A DNA stretch of 26,450 nt from an uncultured Zetaproteobacteria bacterium (GCA_964509005.1 CAZDWG010000002.1:1-26450), one strand, 5' to 3'; positions 1 to 9,331 are shown, counted from the stretch's first letter. The notes: generated from the letters alone by a model not told the origin. Numbers and translations: made by a program.

Positions 1-202
1 AGCGGGATTCCTGCCAGATAATGGCCAACTGAACATGCACCGGAACGCCCCATTTGTCGAAGGAGTCTTTGGCGTCGTCATACCAGCCGGATTTTTCACG
101 GAAGATGGAACAACCGTTGTTGACATGGCGCGGTGGCGTGGTGGCGCAGGATGACAGCACCAACATGACCGCCAATAATGTAAAGTGAACCATTCTTCTC
201 AC
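1..202 (-). CDS. 5' part of a lipoprotein with a transglycosylase SLT-like domain (truncated by window edge)
   Basis: Own translation from GTG at 202 (GAGGGG RBS 7 nt upstream): MRRMVHFTLLAVMLVLSSC-ATTPPRHVNNGCSIFREKSGWYDDAKDSFDKWGVPVHVQLAIIWQESR. It has an LSSC lipobox and the 'WGVP..VQ.AI..QES' lytic-transglycosylase catalytic-Glu motif. Absent from the ORF track because it is partial. Confidence 0.75.
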   Translation of the reverse strand, partial: MRRMVHFTLLAVMLVLSSCATTPPRHVNNGCSIFREKSGWYDDAKDSFDKWGVPVHVQLAIIWQESR

Positions 203-285
203 CGGATTACCCCTCTTTTTTCACCACAGAGGATACAGAGAGCACAGAGGAAATGAGGATAAATTATAATGACGACTCATTTATG

Positions 286-426
286 ATGCCCTCGTAAAAA
301 GTCCAATGTCGTCATTGCGAGCGTAGCGCGGCAATCTATGACACATTGATATACAACGAGATTGCCGCGTCACTACGCTCCTCGCAATGACAAACTTCGG
401 CCTTTTTGGACTTTTTACGAGGGCAT
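286..426. mobile_element. 141-bp MITE with 21-bp perfect TIRs and 8-bp target-site duplication
   Basis: TIRs are ATGCCCTCGTAAAAAGTCCAA (286-306) and TTGGACTTTTTACGAGGGCAT (406-426). The flanking direct repeat is CATTTATG (278-285 and 427-434). Confidence 0.8.
311..391. repeat. REP-like palindrome GTCATTGCGAG...GCAATCT / AGATTGC...CTCGCAATGAC (copy 1)
   Basis: Arms 311-337 and 359-391 are complementary apart from two 3-nt bulges. A second copy lies at 4624-4709. Confidence 0.8.
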
Positions 427-492
427 CATTTATGGAGACTCTGAACAGGGACCTGGATTTTCCCCCTCTGTGCTCTCTGTGGTTCAGGATTT

Positions 493-3400
493 TCACATTA
501 GCACGCGCTCGATACCGCGCTGCTTCACATGTTCGATGAACTGTTGCTGCCAGTCCTCACCCTTCAGATGGCGGATGAGTTCGACGACGATGTAATCCGC
601 TTCGACATCCGTTTCGCCTTCCAACCGGGATAGTCCCTGGAGGCAGGATGGACAGGACGTCAGGATTTTGACTGGTGTATCATGCGCCAGCTTCGCTTTG
701 GCTTTGCTCATTTCTTCTTCCTTGCGAGCGCGAATCTTGCCAGCAATGGCAGGATGGGCCACGGCCAGCGTGCCCGCCTCGCCACAGCATTCAGCAGACT
801 GGATAGAAGGCGAACCCAGGAGTGAAGCGATGACCGTCTCCGAGCCATGCCGTTTCAGTGGCGTATGGCAAGGCTCGTGGTACATGTACTGGGCACCCTG
901 TACATCCGGTACGGATATATTCTGTGTCATCAAATATTCGTGAATATCCATCAGCGGTGCATCTGGAAATACTTGTTTCAGTTGATATTTAGTTAACTGA
1001 TCGTAGCAGGTGCCACAGGAAACGATGACCGCCTCGAAATCCAGATAGGAAAGCGTAGTTTTGATGCGATGGAACAGCACACGATTATCGTAGGTGATTT
1101 GATCGCCTTTTTGATGGTCGCCGCTGGCTGTGGAAGGGTAGCCGCAGCACAAATAGGAGGGGGGAAGCACCACATTCAGTCCGAGGTCGAACAACATCGC
1201 CTGCGTTGCGAGCCCAACCTGTGAAAACAGCCGTTCCGAGCCGCAACCAGGAAAATAGAAGATGGCGCGGTCATTGGCTTTGTCCGGGTCGCGCAGGACC
1301 GGGATCTCGTTTCTGTTGCGTCCATCGATGCCGAGCATGGAACGCGCCGTGGTGATGGGGAGCTTGGGTAAGGGGCGTTCGACGAAGTTAATAAGTTGTG
1401 CCGGAATTCCGGACATATTCCGCTTGGCCGCCGGAATCTTCTTGATAAGCCCCGCAGTTCTTGCTACCTGATGCAGGAGACGATGCGCCGCATAGCCCCA
1501 GCCGATCACCGTCTTGCGCATCAGACGTACCGCATCCGGATTTTTGGTCACCAGAAACAGCAGCGACAGCTTGGAGCCCAGATTGAATCGCGATTGCCCC
1601 TTGTCCTTCAAAATCGCGCGCATGCGCTCGGTCACCATGCCGAAATCAATGTTGACAGGGCACGGCGCTTCACACTTATGGCAAAGAGTGCAGTGATTGG
1701 CCACATCCCTCAAGCCCGCAAACTGCTCGAATGAAATGCCGCTGCTGGTCTGTGATTCATACAAAAAAGCTTCGATGATGGCGCCGGTCGCCTGAATTTT
1801 GTTACGCGGAGAGTACAGCATGGCGGCGCGCGGAAAATGCGTATTGCATACCGGTTTGCACTTGCCACAACGCAGGCAGGACGATATCTCCTCGGACAAA
1901 GCCGTTAAGTCTGCCGCCTCAAGAATGACGGATTCCATCTCCAGCAAATTGAAGCTTGGCGTATAAGTGAAGGTCAGGTCGGTCTCCGGCAGCAGTTTGC
2001 CCCGGTTGAATAGCCCTTCCGGATCCACGTTTTTCTTATATGCGGCCATTTCCTGAAGATGCTCGGGTGGCATGTATGCCAGCTTGGTGATGCCGATGCC
2101 ATGTTCGCCGGATATCACGCCTCCCAGTTCAACAGCCTTGGTCATGAACTGCTCAACGACATGATGCGCATGCTTCATCATGCCGTAATCATTGGAGTTG
2201 ACCGGCACATTGGTGTGTACATTACCATCGCCGGCGTGCATGTGCGTCGCTATCACAATACGGCGAGATAGCGTTTTCCGATGCTGTTCGCGTACCCCCT
2301 GCCGCAATGCATCATGGCCGCGTAACAAATCCATCAGCGGGGCTTCCACTTCGCGTCGGTAGGAAATGCGTAAGCCCCCCCGTTGAATCATGCTGAACAG
2401 TGTTTCATCGGCATCGTACATGGTACCGTCCAGGGGGTGTTCCAGCATGGCTGCCGGAGCGTCCAACCCATGCAGACAGGCTTGCCAGTATTGGCGCGTC
2501 GAAGAGATGCATTGGCGGCACCGCGCTAATTTATCGGCAAGGAACCCGTCGTCTTCCACCCCCAGACCGGATAGACTTAAAGTATCGTCTTCAGTGACCT
2601 GTTGACTGATTATCTTGAGGTAGGACTCAATCTTATCGAGGATTTCTATCTTGTTTCTGATGGAATATTCAATATTAAGGTGTTCGATAAAATCATTGTA
2701 CTCGGATAAACGGTGCAAAGGGATGACAACATCCTCATTGAGTTTGAAGGCGCGCGTATGTTTTGCAATCGCCGCCATGCGTCCGCGATCATCCCAGAAA
2801 CGCTTGCGGTCCATTTCTGAAGTGGCGACAAAACCTTCACCGTTACCCGTTGAAGCAATATGACAAATATTCGAGCATACCCTGGCTACCGAGCGCTTGT
2901 TGTTGCCGGAAACATCAATCAGCAATACGACGCGAGGACGCTCCCGCCGGGTTGATTTACTCGCATAGTCAATGGCTTTGACGTATTTCTCGTCAAAATG
3001 TTCCAGTGCTTCCAGATGTGAGCCATCAGATGCATCCACATGTTCCTTGATATTCACCATGGCGCGCGTTGCCGCCGTCAATTCCTGGCCGAAGAATTCG
3101 CAACATACGGTTTGCGTGTATGTGTACGGCTCGTGCAGCACAAAAGTTGCTTCGGTAATGAATCCGTCTACGCCTTCTTTCTGGATACCTGGCAAGCCGC
3201 CCAGCGCCTTGCGCGTCACATCCTTACCCAATCCTTCGCGGCGAAAAACGGAACCACGGATGGTCATGGCTTCCGCTTTGCCTAGGGGTGTCATTCCGTC
3301 CGGCTGAAAGCGGGACAAACTGAATTGTGCTTCTCCGTCAGCCGGTATCCTGCCCATGTTGTGATTGATGCGAGTCACGATTAACCAGTTTCCGTCCGGT

Positions 3401-4296
3401 GTTACCATCTTCCAGGAGAGAAGGTTATCCACGCAGGTACCCCAGATCACCGCATGTTTGCCGCCCGCATTGGAAGCGACATTGCCGCCGATAGTACAGG
3501 CCCACAAGCTGGTCGGATCAGTTGCGAACACATGCGGTCGGGATGCTTCCATGACCTTGCCGGTTACCGCACCTGCCTGTGCCGTAATGGTATACACCTC
3601 ACCGTTACCGCCGATATCGCGTACCTCTACCGGTTCGATGGCATCCAGCTTCTCAACGTTAATCATAACCGTGTCGGCATGCAGGGGTACGGAGCCGCCA
3701 CACAGGCCGGTACCGCCGCCGCGCGGGATGATGGTCATCCCCAGCTCGCGCACCGCCGTGACCAGGCCAGGAATTTCATCCGGCGAATCCGGGGTAATCA
3801 CGCAAAAGGGATATTCCTGCCGCCAGTCGGTGGCATCCGTAGCATGGTGTGTCAGCGTGTACGCATCAAAATGGATGTTGTTGCGGTGGGTGTAATGGGC
3901 AAAAAGTTTCAGCGCCTGCTTGCGCTGTCTCGGTATCTCGGCAAACCAGCCGTTGAATTTATTTAACATTTCGCGGGTATTCCCGACGATACGTAGCACC
4001 CGCTCGTTACCGTCTGCCGCTGTTTCGATACGCGCCAGACGATCCTGATGCAAGGTTTGCATGGCGCGCAGGCGTTTTTTCTCTTTCAGCAATCCGTCTT
4101 TGAGGAAGGCATTACGCGACACCACCCACACGTCGCCCAGAATCTCGAACAGTTTGCGTGCGCTTCTTCCCGTTTTACGTTGGCCACGCAGGACGTTCAA
4201 ATTATCCCAGGCTTCTTGCCCAAGGAAACGCAACACAATCTCCCGGTCGGAATAGGAGGTGTAATTATAAGGAATCTCACGGATGTTATCAGTCAA
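493..4296 (-). CDS. Large FAD-binding and Fe-S-binding oxidoreductase (DUF3683-type N-terminus, FAD-linked oxidase GlcD/Dld-like core, 2x4Fe-4S and CCG domains)
   Basis: N-terminus REIPYNYTSYSDREIV; FAD-binding PRGGGTGLCGG; DPTS..ACTIGGN...NAGG; HAGDGNVH and GEHGIG motifs; ferredoxin CLRCGKCKPVC and CTLCHKCEAPCP; CCG-type FPGC, CCG and HEPCH motifs. Confidence 0.9.
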   Translation of the reverse strand: MTDNIREIPYNYTSYSDREIVLRFLGQEAWDNLNVLRGQRKTGRSARKLFEILGDVWVVSRNAFLKDGLLKEKKRLRAMQTLHQDRLARIETAADGNERVLRIVGNTREMLNKFNGWFAEIPRQRKQALKLFAHYTHRNNIHFDAYTLTHHATDATDWRQEYPFCVITPDSPDEIPGLVTAVRELGMTIIPRGGGTGLCGGSVPLHADTVMINVEKLDAIEPVEVRDIGGNGEVYTITAQAGAVTGKVMEASRPHVFATDPTSLWACTIGGNVASNAGGKHAVIWGTCVDNLLSWKMVTPDGNWLIVTRINHNMGRIPADGEAQFSLSRFQPDGMTPLGKAEAMTIRGSVFRREGLGKDVTRKALGGLPGIQKEGVDGFITEATFVLHEPYTYTQTVCCEFFGQELTAATRAMVNIKEHVDASDGSHLEALEHFDEKYVKAIDYASKSTRRERPRVVLLIDVSGNNKRSVARVCSNICHIASTGNGEGFVATSEMDRKRFWDDRGRMAAIAKHTRAFKLNEDVVIPLHRLSEYNDFIEHLNIEYSIRNKIEILDKIESYLKIISQQVTEDDTLSLSGLGVEDDGFLADKLARCRQCISSTRQYWQACLHGLDAPAAMLEHPLDGTMYDADETLFSMIQRGGLRISYRREVEAPLMDLLRGHDALRQGVREQHRKTLSRRIVIATHMHAGDGNVHTNVPVNSNDYGMMKHAHHVVEQFMTKAVELGGVISGEHGIGITKLAYMPPEHLQEMAAYKKNVDPEGLFNRGKLLPETDLTFTYTPSFNLLEMESVILEAADLTALSEEISSCLRCGKCKPVCNTHFPRAAMLYSPRNKIQATGAIIEAFLYESQTSSGISFEQFAGLRDVANHCTLCHKCEAPCPVNIDFGMVTERMRAILKDKGQSRFNLGSKLSLLFLVTKNPDAVRLMRKTVIGWGYAAHRLLHQVARTAGLIKKIPAAKRNMSGIPAQLINFVERPLPKLPITTARSMLGIDGRNRNEIPVLRDPDKANDRAIFYFPGCGSERLFSQVGLATQAMLFDLGLNVVLPPSYLCCGYPSTASGDHQKGDQITYDNRVLFHRIKTTLSYLDFEAVIVSCGTCYDQLTKYQLKQVFPDAPLMDIHEYLMTQNISVPDVQGAQYMYHEPCHTPLKRHGSETVIASLLGSPSIQSAECCGEAGTLAVAHPAIAGKIRARKEEEMSKAKAKLAHDTPVKILTSCPSCLQGLSRLEGETDVEADYIVVELIRHLKGEDWQQQFIEHVKQRGIERVLM

Positions 4297-4315
4297 ACAG
4301 ACGCTCCAGAAGTTA

Positions 4316-4483
4316 TTAACCTACACTATTCATAAATGCTGCCGCGCCCTTGCTGGCTCCTTTGTCCGCAACGAATCCTTCGTCGGTCGGTCGTATGCAC
4401 AGCTACGACCTCCTTCCTCAGAATCCGTTGCAAACAAAGGCTCTGCGCAATCATCACGGCGATTCATGAATAGTGCAGGTTAA
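4316..4483. mobile_element. MITE-like element with 18-bp TIRs bounded by TTAA on both sides, internally a multi-tier hairpin
   Basis: TTAA(4316-19)-CCTACACTATTCATAAAT(4320-37) ... ATTCATGAATAGTGCAGG(4462-79)-TTAA(4480-83), 16/18 match. Inner IR is 4360-4379/4420-4439 (16/20) and innermost GGTCGTA/TACGACC (4389-95/4404-10). Confidence 0.7.
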
Positions 4484-4593
4484 GGATTTGTAAATAAATA
4501 ACATGGCCATTTCTCCATCCAGCCTATGTACCATCTTGACGCGCTGCTCAATCACAAAATATTCGATGTAGAGACAACTACATCTCATATTTT

Positions 4594-4734
4594 GTAACTA
4601 CTCAGCACCCCTATGGATTGGCTGTCATTGCGAGGAGGAACGACGAAGCAATCTCGTATTTCCACGAAATTCAAGATTGCCGCAGTCGCTTTCGCTCCTT
4701 CGCAATGACAAAACGATGGGTGCTGAGTAGTTAC
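4594..4734. mobile_element. 141-bp MITE with 17-bp perfect TIRs and 8-bp target-site duplication
   Basis: TIRs are GTAACTACTCAGCACCC (4594-4610) and GGGTGCTGAGTAGTTAC (4718-4734). The flanking direct repeat is CATATTTT (4586-4593 and 4735-4742). Confidence 0.8.
4624..4709. repeat. REP-like palindrome GTCATTGCGAG...GCAATCT / AGATTGC...TCGCAATGAC (copy 2)
   Basis: Same terminal motifs as 311-391; arms 4624-4654 and 4674-4709. Confidence 0.8.
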
Positions 4735-4895
4735 CATATTTTATTCAATCGCATCACGACAATCTGGTACATATTCAGGCGTATAAACGGCCATGTTATT
4801 TATTTACAGCTCCTAAGGTCAGCGCATTGTAGCGGAGGCGGATGAAGAAACCATCAATGCTTGAACAGAACACGGCGCATGGCAGCATCACCGCC

Positions 4896-6104
4896 ATGAT
4901 TAAATTATCCAATCGTATTCAACAAGTAAAACCATCGGCCACGCTGGCTATCACCGCCAAAGCCGCCGAATTACGCGCCGCCGGTCGTGATATTATTTCA
5001 TTATCGGTGGGTGAGCCAGATTTTGATACACCAAAAGCTGCTTGCGAAGCTGGCAAAAAAGCCATCGACGAAGGATTCACCCGCTATACGGCAGTGCCTG
5101 GAATCCCTGAGCTTCGACAAGTGATTGCCGAGAAATTCAAGCGGGATAATCACCTCGATTACACACCAGGGGAGATTCTGGTTTCTACCGGTGGCAAGCA
5201 ATGCATCTTTAACATGCTTCAGGCCATGATCAATGCGGGTGACGAAGTGGTGATTTCCGCACCGTACTGGGTGTCTTATCCAGATATGGTGCTGCTGGCC
5301 GAAGGCGTGCCGGTGATTGTGGACACGACGGCGGACAACGACTTCAAACTCTCGGCGGAGCAACTGGAAGCGGCTATCACCGGCAGGACACGGCTATTGC
5401 TCCTCAATTCACCATCCAACCCGACTGGTATGGCTTATTCGGCTGGAGATCTGGCTGCATTGGGCGAAGCTCTCCGCAAACACCCCGACGTAGCCGTGGC
5501 GACGGACGATATGTACGAAAAAATTCTATTCGACGGCAAACGCTTTGCCACCTTTGCCGAGGTCAATCCGGATTTGAAAGATCGGACCATCACCCTGAAT
5601 GGCGTTTCCAAAGCCTATTGCATGACCGGTTGGCGTATCGGTTTTTGCGCCGGTCCCGCGCATCTTATCAAGGCCATGACCAAAATTCAGGGGCAAAGCA
5701 CTTCCAACCCGTCGTCTATCTCGCAGAAGGCTGCGCTAGCGGCCCTCACCGGCCCCACCGATGCATTGGAAGACATGGTGCGCACATACCAGAAACGGCG
5801 GGGATGGCTGGTCCATGCCATCAACGCTATTCCCGGCATGCATTGCATCAAACCGGACGGCGCTTTTTACGTTTTTCCATCTGTTTCCGCCTGGATAGGT
5901 AAGCAAACGTCCAATGGTACTGAACTGACGGACGACGTGGCCATCTGCGAATGGCTGCTGGAAGAAACGGGCGTGGCGCTGGTCCCCGGCACGGCCTTTG
6001 GCAGTCCCGGCCATGTGCGGTTTTCCTATGCCGTTTCCCAGGATACGCTGGAAGATGCAGTCAGGCGTATCGAGAGGGCGGCGGGGAATCTTTGTTCAGG
6101 TTAA
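4896..6104 (+). CDS. aspC: Aspartate aminotransferase (PLP-dependent class I/II)
   Basis: MIKLSNRIQQVKPSATLAI..., GEPDFDTP, NSPSNPTG, DDMY and the PLP-lysine motif NGVSKAYCMTGWRIG. I chose start ATG 4896 over the track's 4842 because family members typically begin about there. Confidence 0.9.
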   Translation: MIKLSNRIQQVKPSATLAITAKAAELRAAGRDIISLSVGEPDFDTPKAACEAGKKAIDEGFTRYTAVPGIPELRQVIAEKFKRDNHLDYTPGEILVSTGGKQCIFNMLQAMINAGDEVVISAPYWVSYPDMVLLAEGVPVIVDTTADNDFKLSAEQLEAAITGRTRLLLLNSPSNPTGMAYSAGDLAALGEALRKHPDVAVATDDMYEKILFDGKRFATFAEVNPDLKDRTITLNGVSKAYCMTGWRIGFCAGPAHLIKAMTKIQGQSTSNPSSISQKAALAALTGPTDALEDMVRTYQKRRGWLVHAINAIPGMHCIKPDGAFYVFPSVSAWIGKQTSNGTELTDDVAICEWLLEETGVALVPGTAFGSPGHVRFSYAVSQDTLEDAVRRIERAAGNLCSG

Positions 6105-6168
6105 ATCCACCTGGTATAGCCGGAACCAAAGATTCACCATGAAGGGCACGAAGAATAGTTCAGGTTAA
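6094..6168. repeat. Direct repeat GTTCAGGTTAA (6094-6104, 6158-6168); solo end(s) of the TTAA-bounded MITE family
   Basis: GAATAGTTCAGGTTAA (6153-6168) matches the right end of the 4316-4483 element (GAATAGTGCAGGTTAA) at 15/16. The first copy supplies the aspC stop codon. Confidence 0.55.
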
Positions 6169-6231
6169 GCGTCTGACCACATAAATTGTACATTCAGTCC
6201 TATGTGCAGTAAATAATACCAGTTCCCGGGG

Positions 6232-9200
6232 TTAAGGATTGGTCTGTTGTAATGGTTTTTCCGAGCCGAACCATTTGCCAGGCAAGTGGATCAGGCGTTC
6301 GATCAATCCCGATTCAGGCAGGCCCGCAGCCTTCGGGCTAACCGATTCGATCTTTGCGTTATATAGCGGCCCATAGACGTGATAAACCTTGCGGAACACA
6401 CTGTTGGCCGGTCCGAGGATAATATCGCGCAGCAGTGGGATCATACGCAGGAATGCATCGAGATTCTGGAGTGGTCGCACGGCCATATACAAGTTGACCT
6501 TGCCATTAGCAAGGTTGATTTGACCACTTCCGGCCATATCCAGCGCCGACGCGCGTATGACAAGTTGCCTGATATGGGCTATTTCGCCATTGACGGTGGC
6601 TTCCAGTTGCAGGCGTTTGTAAAACATGCCTTTCCCGGAAATATCCTTGCGTTTTCCGGTCAGGAATTTAGGCAGGTCGGTTAGATTCAGTGCCGCCAAC
6701 AGTTTGGTCATGGTACTGTCTTTCACCAGCAGGCGACCATCATCGGAGCGAAGTCTGAGTCTTCCCTTCATCCCGTTCCACCAGGGGCGTTTAGGGTTAA
6801 GCAGTCCTTCGCCAGACCATAGCGCATGCATCGTGCCACCCGCGAACAGCCGGGAGGCATCCAGCCGGTGAATAAGTTCACTGAAGTCGCCGCTGACGTT
6901 AGCGAAACCTTTCCAGCGCAAGCCATTCCCGGATTCGGGCGATAGTATGACCGAAAGCAAAAGTGTTTGCCCGAGCAATTTTGCGGAAAGCTGCCGGATA
7001 TCCACCACACCGTTACCGGGAAGGCGGAAGAAGGCATGTACGTTACTGACGGAAAGCTGTGCCGCATTCAACTGTTCGGCCCTAAGCGACCCGACGCCCT
7101 GCTGCGAAGAGGCGAACTGGACATGGACGCCGCGCATGGACACTGCATTCCATTGAATCCGGCTGAAGAACCCCCGTAACACCCACGCTTTGGAGGTGGC
7201 CGCGGAAATATCCGTGAGTTTAAGCGTGCCTGGAATGCGATCCGGCAATGCCGCCCGACCCAGGAATTCGGAGCGGATGTTGATTTCCAGTGGCGCATCG
7301 TTAAAGGGGTCCATGATATTGATACTACCGGTAAAGGCGGGTGCCTGTATGGTGCGCAAGCGCAGACTTAAACGATCACTGTCGAGTAGCCCGCTGCCCC
7401 GTATTGTTGGTGCGGTACCACTGCTTTCAATGTTCATCACCTTGATACCATGATCCGAGCTTTCGCCGGACATGGCGAGAAGATAAGGCTCTCCGACAGT
7501 CTTGCTGGAACCCAGCAAGTGTTGCCATGCAGCATCATGAAAATCCAGCTTCAGGTGCCATGAGCGGTCAAATGTTAAACGAGCCTTCACCTTGCCTGCG
7601 GGCGCATCCAGCGGGATGTGGTACCGATCCACCAGTTTTGCAAAGTCAGCAGTCGTTTGCAGGGTTAGTTTTGTCAGTTGCCATGCATGTTTTTGATCCT
7701 TACGCATATCCAGGTTTAGCGTTCCCGTGAACATATCGTGCTCGATATGCATGGATTCGAGCTTCAGATTGCCCTTGGCATCCCAGCGTAATATGCCACC
7801 TGACAAACGCATGTGCCTGCCCATCAAGTCAGCTTGCCATGCCGTATTGGGTGTGAGTTCCACTGTCCCCTGTTGGGGATTTGTCGCGTACAGGGACCAG
7901 CGTAATGAAAAACGGGCTGTGGCCGGGGATTTTCCCCATACCAGTTGTGGCAACAAATCGATACCACGCCATGCCTGATAGCGGGCGATGTCTACGTTGC
8001 CGCTGCCGCTTATGTTAAATACGATGTGCCGCCAGTCATGCACCGCCACAGTGCCACGAATTTCTCCGGCCTTGTGTGGCAGCGTCACATGATTGACCTT
8101 CAGCCGGAGGCCCTGTTCATTTATATCGGCAATGGCCTGTAGATGCCGGAGTTGTTCGTTTGGCGTTGCCAGAGGAATGGAGGCATCGTGAATCCGTGCA
8201 TGCATGTGGAAATGACTTTGTTCCCACTGCTCGATTTTGGGAATTTGCCATGGCCTGGCCTGGGCGACGGTGATGTCACCTTTAAGTTGCCGGATCTCTC
8301 CCTCCCGGATGCCTGCAAGCCATTGCTGCCATGCCGTATTGCCCAGTGGTTTCAGCCATGCGGCGAGCACCGGAAGCTGAATCGTTCCCGAGTCTATTTT
8401 CATGCGCAGCGCCCCATCCCGCCATTTGCCAGCCATATGCAGCGCATTGGCGCCCGAGCGCCAGTTAAATCCCTCTATTTCAAGCAGGGTTATATGGGAG
8501 ATGTTTTCTTTCGCATGCAGGCGCGTTTTTATTTTAATACTATTGAAAGCAAGCCATGGATGCCCTTGTGCTTGCATGATTCGTGCGCCATCGGTGGAGG
8601 ATAGCGATCCCTGTAGATACCAGAGTTGTTTCGCAGGGTCACGTCGCAGGGCGATTTTTCCGGAAACTTTCCCTCGCAAATGCATGCGCCATGGTGCGGG
8701 AAGCCAGGCTAGATTATGGAAACGGGCACGCAAACTCATGGGTTCAAAGGATTTATTCCATGTCAGATCAAGGTTCGATCCGGGAATTTGTACGGAAAGC
8801 CTGTGGTCCGGGCCATCCATATGCAGATTGAGATGCTTAAAACGGACGTTCAATGTTCCATATGTCAAGCTCAAAGCCGTATCTTCCATGTTGAGTTTGC
8901 TGGATAAAAGAGCCCATTTTCCTGTCCATGCCTGTTGCGGGATATTCAGGCTAATGGCACCCTGTTGTATGCTGATGCTGAGGGGTCGCAGACGGCCTGT
9001 CAGCATCTCCCATGTGGAGAGGCGTATGACCAGATTGGCCCTGGAAACGTGAATTTGTCCTTCTCGTCCGGTAAAGCTGACATCATCCGCCTGTAGCCAT
9101 GTATATCCTGCCCAACGCCATGACAGATGCCCAAGATGCAGCTTCTGAAGATCCAGTTGCTGTTTAAGGATGCTTTCCAACTCTGGCCTCATGGTATCGA

Positions 9201-9309
9201 GCGGTGGCGCACGCCAATACAGCCACGCGCCAAGGATGACGAAGCATAGGGTGAGCAATAGTAGTATGCGCCGACATGCGGCGAAAACAGAAGTTAATTT
9301 ACGCGGCAT
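6232..9309 (-). CDS. AsmA-like / YhdP-like (DUF3971/AsmA_2-type) inner-membrane-anchored beta-rich protein
   Basis: 1025 aa with an N-terminal TM anchor (ILLLLTLCFVILGAWLYW), a long amphipathic beta-strand-like body, and an AsmA-type C-terminus ('...ALDMAGSGQINLANGKVNLYMAVRPLQNLD...IPLL..I.LG....VYHVYGPL.NAKI'). Confidence 0.75.
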   Translation of the reverse strand: MPRKLTSVFAACRRILLLLTLCFVILGAWLYWRAPPLDTMRPELESILKQQLDLQKLHLGHLSWRWAGYTWLQADDVSFTGREGQIHVSRANLVIRLSTWEMLTGRLRPLSISIQQGAISLNIPQQAWTGKWALLSSKLNMEDTALSLTYGTLNVRFKHLNLHMDGPDHRLSVQIPGSNLDLTWNKSFEPMSLRARFHNLAWLPAPWRMHLRGKVSGKIALRRDPAKQLWYLQGSLSSTDGARIMQAQGHPWLAFNSIKIKTRLHAKENISHITLLEIEGFNWRSGANALHMAGKWRDGALRMKIDSGTIQLPVLAAWLKPLGNTAWQQWLAGIREGEIRQLKGDITVAQARPWQIPKIEQWEQSHFHMHARIHDASIPLATPNEQLRHLQAIADINEQGLRLKVNHVTLPHKAGEIRGTVAVHDWRHIVFNISGSGNVDIARYQAWRGIDLLPQLVWGKSPATARFSLRWSLYATNPQQGTVELTPNTAWQADLMGRHMRLSGGILRWDAKGNLKLESMHIEHDMFTGTLNLDMRKDQKHAWQLTKLTLQTTADFAKLVDRYHIPLDAPAGKVKARLTFDRSWHLKLDFHDAAWQHLLGSSKTVGEPYLLAMSGESSDHGIKVMNIESSGTAPTIRGSGLLDSDRLSLRLRTIQAPAFTGSINIMDPFNDAPLEINIRSEFLGRAALPDRIPGTLKLTDISAATSKAWVLRGFFSRIQWNAVSMRGVHVQFASSQQGVGSLRAEQLNAAQLSVSNVHAFFRLPGNGVVDIRQLSAKLLGQTLLLSVILSPESGNGLRWKGFANVSGDFSELIHRLDASRLFAGGTMHALWSGEGLLNPKRPWWNGMKGRLRLRSDDGRLLVKDSTMTKLLAALNLTDLPKFLTGKRKDISGKGMFYKRLQLEATVNGEIAHIRQLVIRASALDMAGSGQINLANGKVNLYMAVRPLQNLDAFLRMIPLLRDIILGPANSVFRKVYHVYGPLYNAKIESVSPKAAGLPESGLIERLIHLPGKWFGSEKPLQQTNP

Positions 9310-9331
9310 GGATGTTGTAAGTTAGTTCAGG

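Larger units (their letters stand above)
223..483. repeat. Outer inverted repeat pair (CACAGAG-type), enclosing the MITE at 286-426
   Basis: ACAGAGAGCACAGAGG (235-250) is the perfect 16-bp reverse complement of CCTCTGTGCTCTCTGT (465-480). ACCACAGAG (223-231) also pairs with CTCTGTGGT (475-483). Confidence 0.75.

Noticed and set aside
281-595. ORFs 281-496 (-) and 362-595 (+)
   Set aside because: They are read-throughs of palindromic repeat DNA or antisense to the oxidoreductase; no RBS or family motifs.
4565-4584. Hairpin GATGTAG-N6-CTACATC
   Set aside because: A 7-bp stem with no U-tract or known motif; could be an operator but is unsupported.
223-4742. Composite transposon or CRISPR interpretation of the repeats flanking the oxidoreductase
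   Set aside because: Each MITE has its own separate TSD, so these are independent insertions; there is no regular repeat-spacer array and no cas gene.
4618-4845. 75-aa ORF 'MAVIARRNDEAIS...'
   Set aside because: It is a translation of the GTCATTGCGAG repeat and MITE sequence, not a credible gene.
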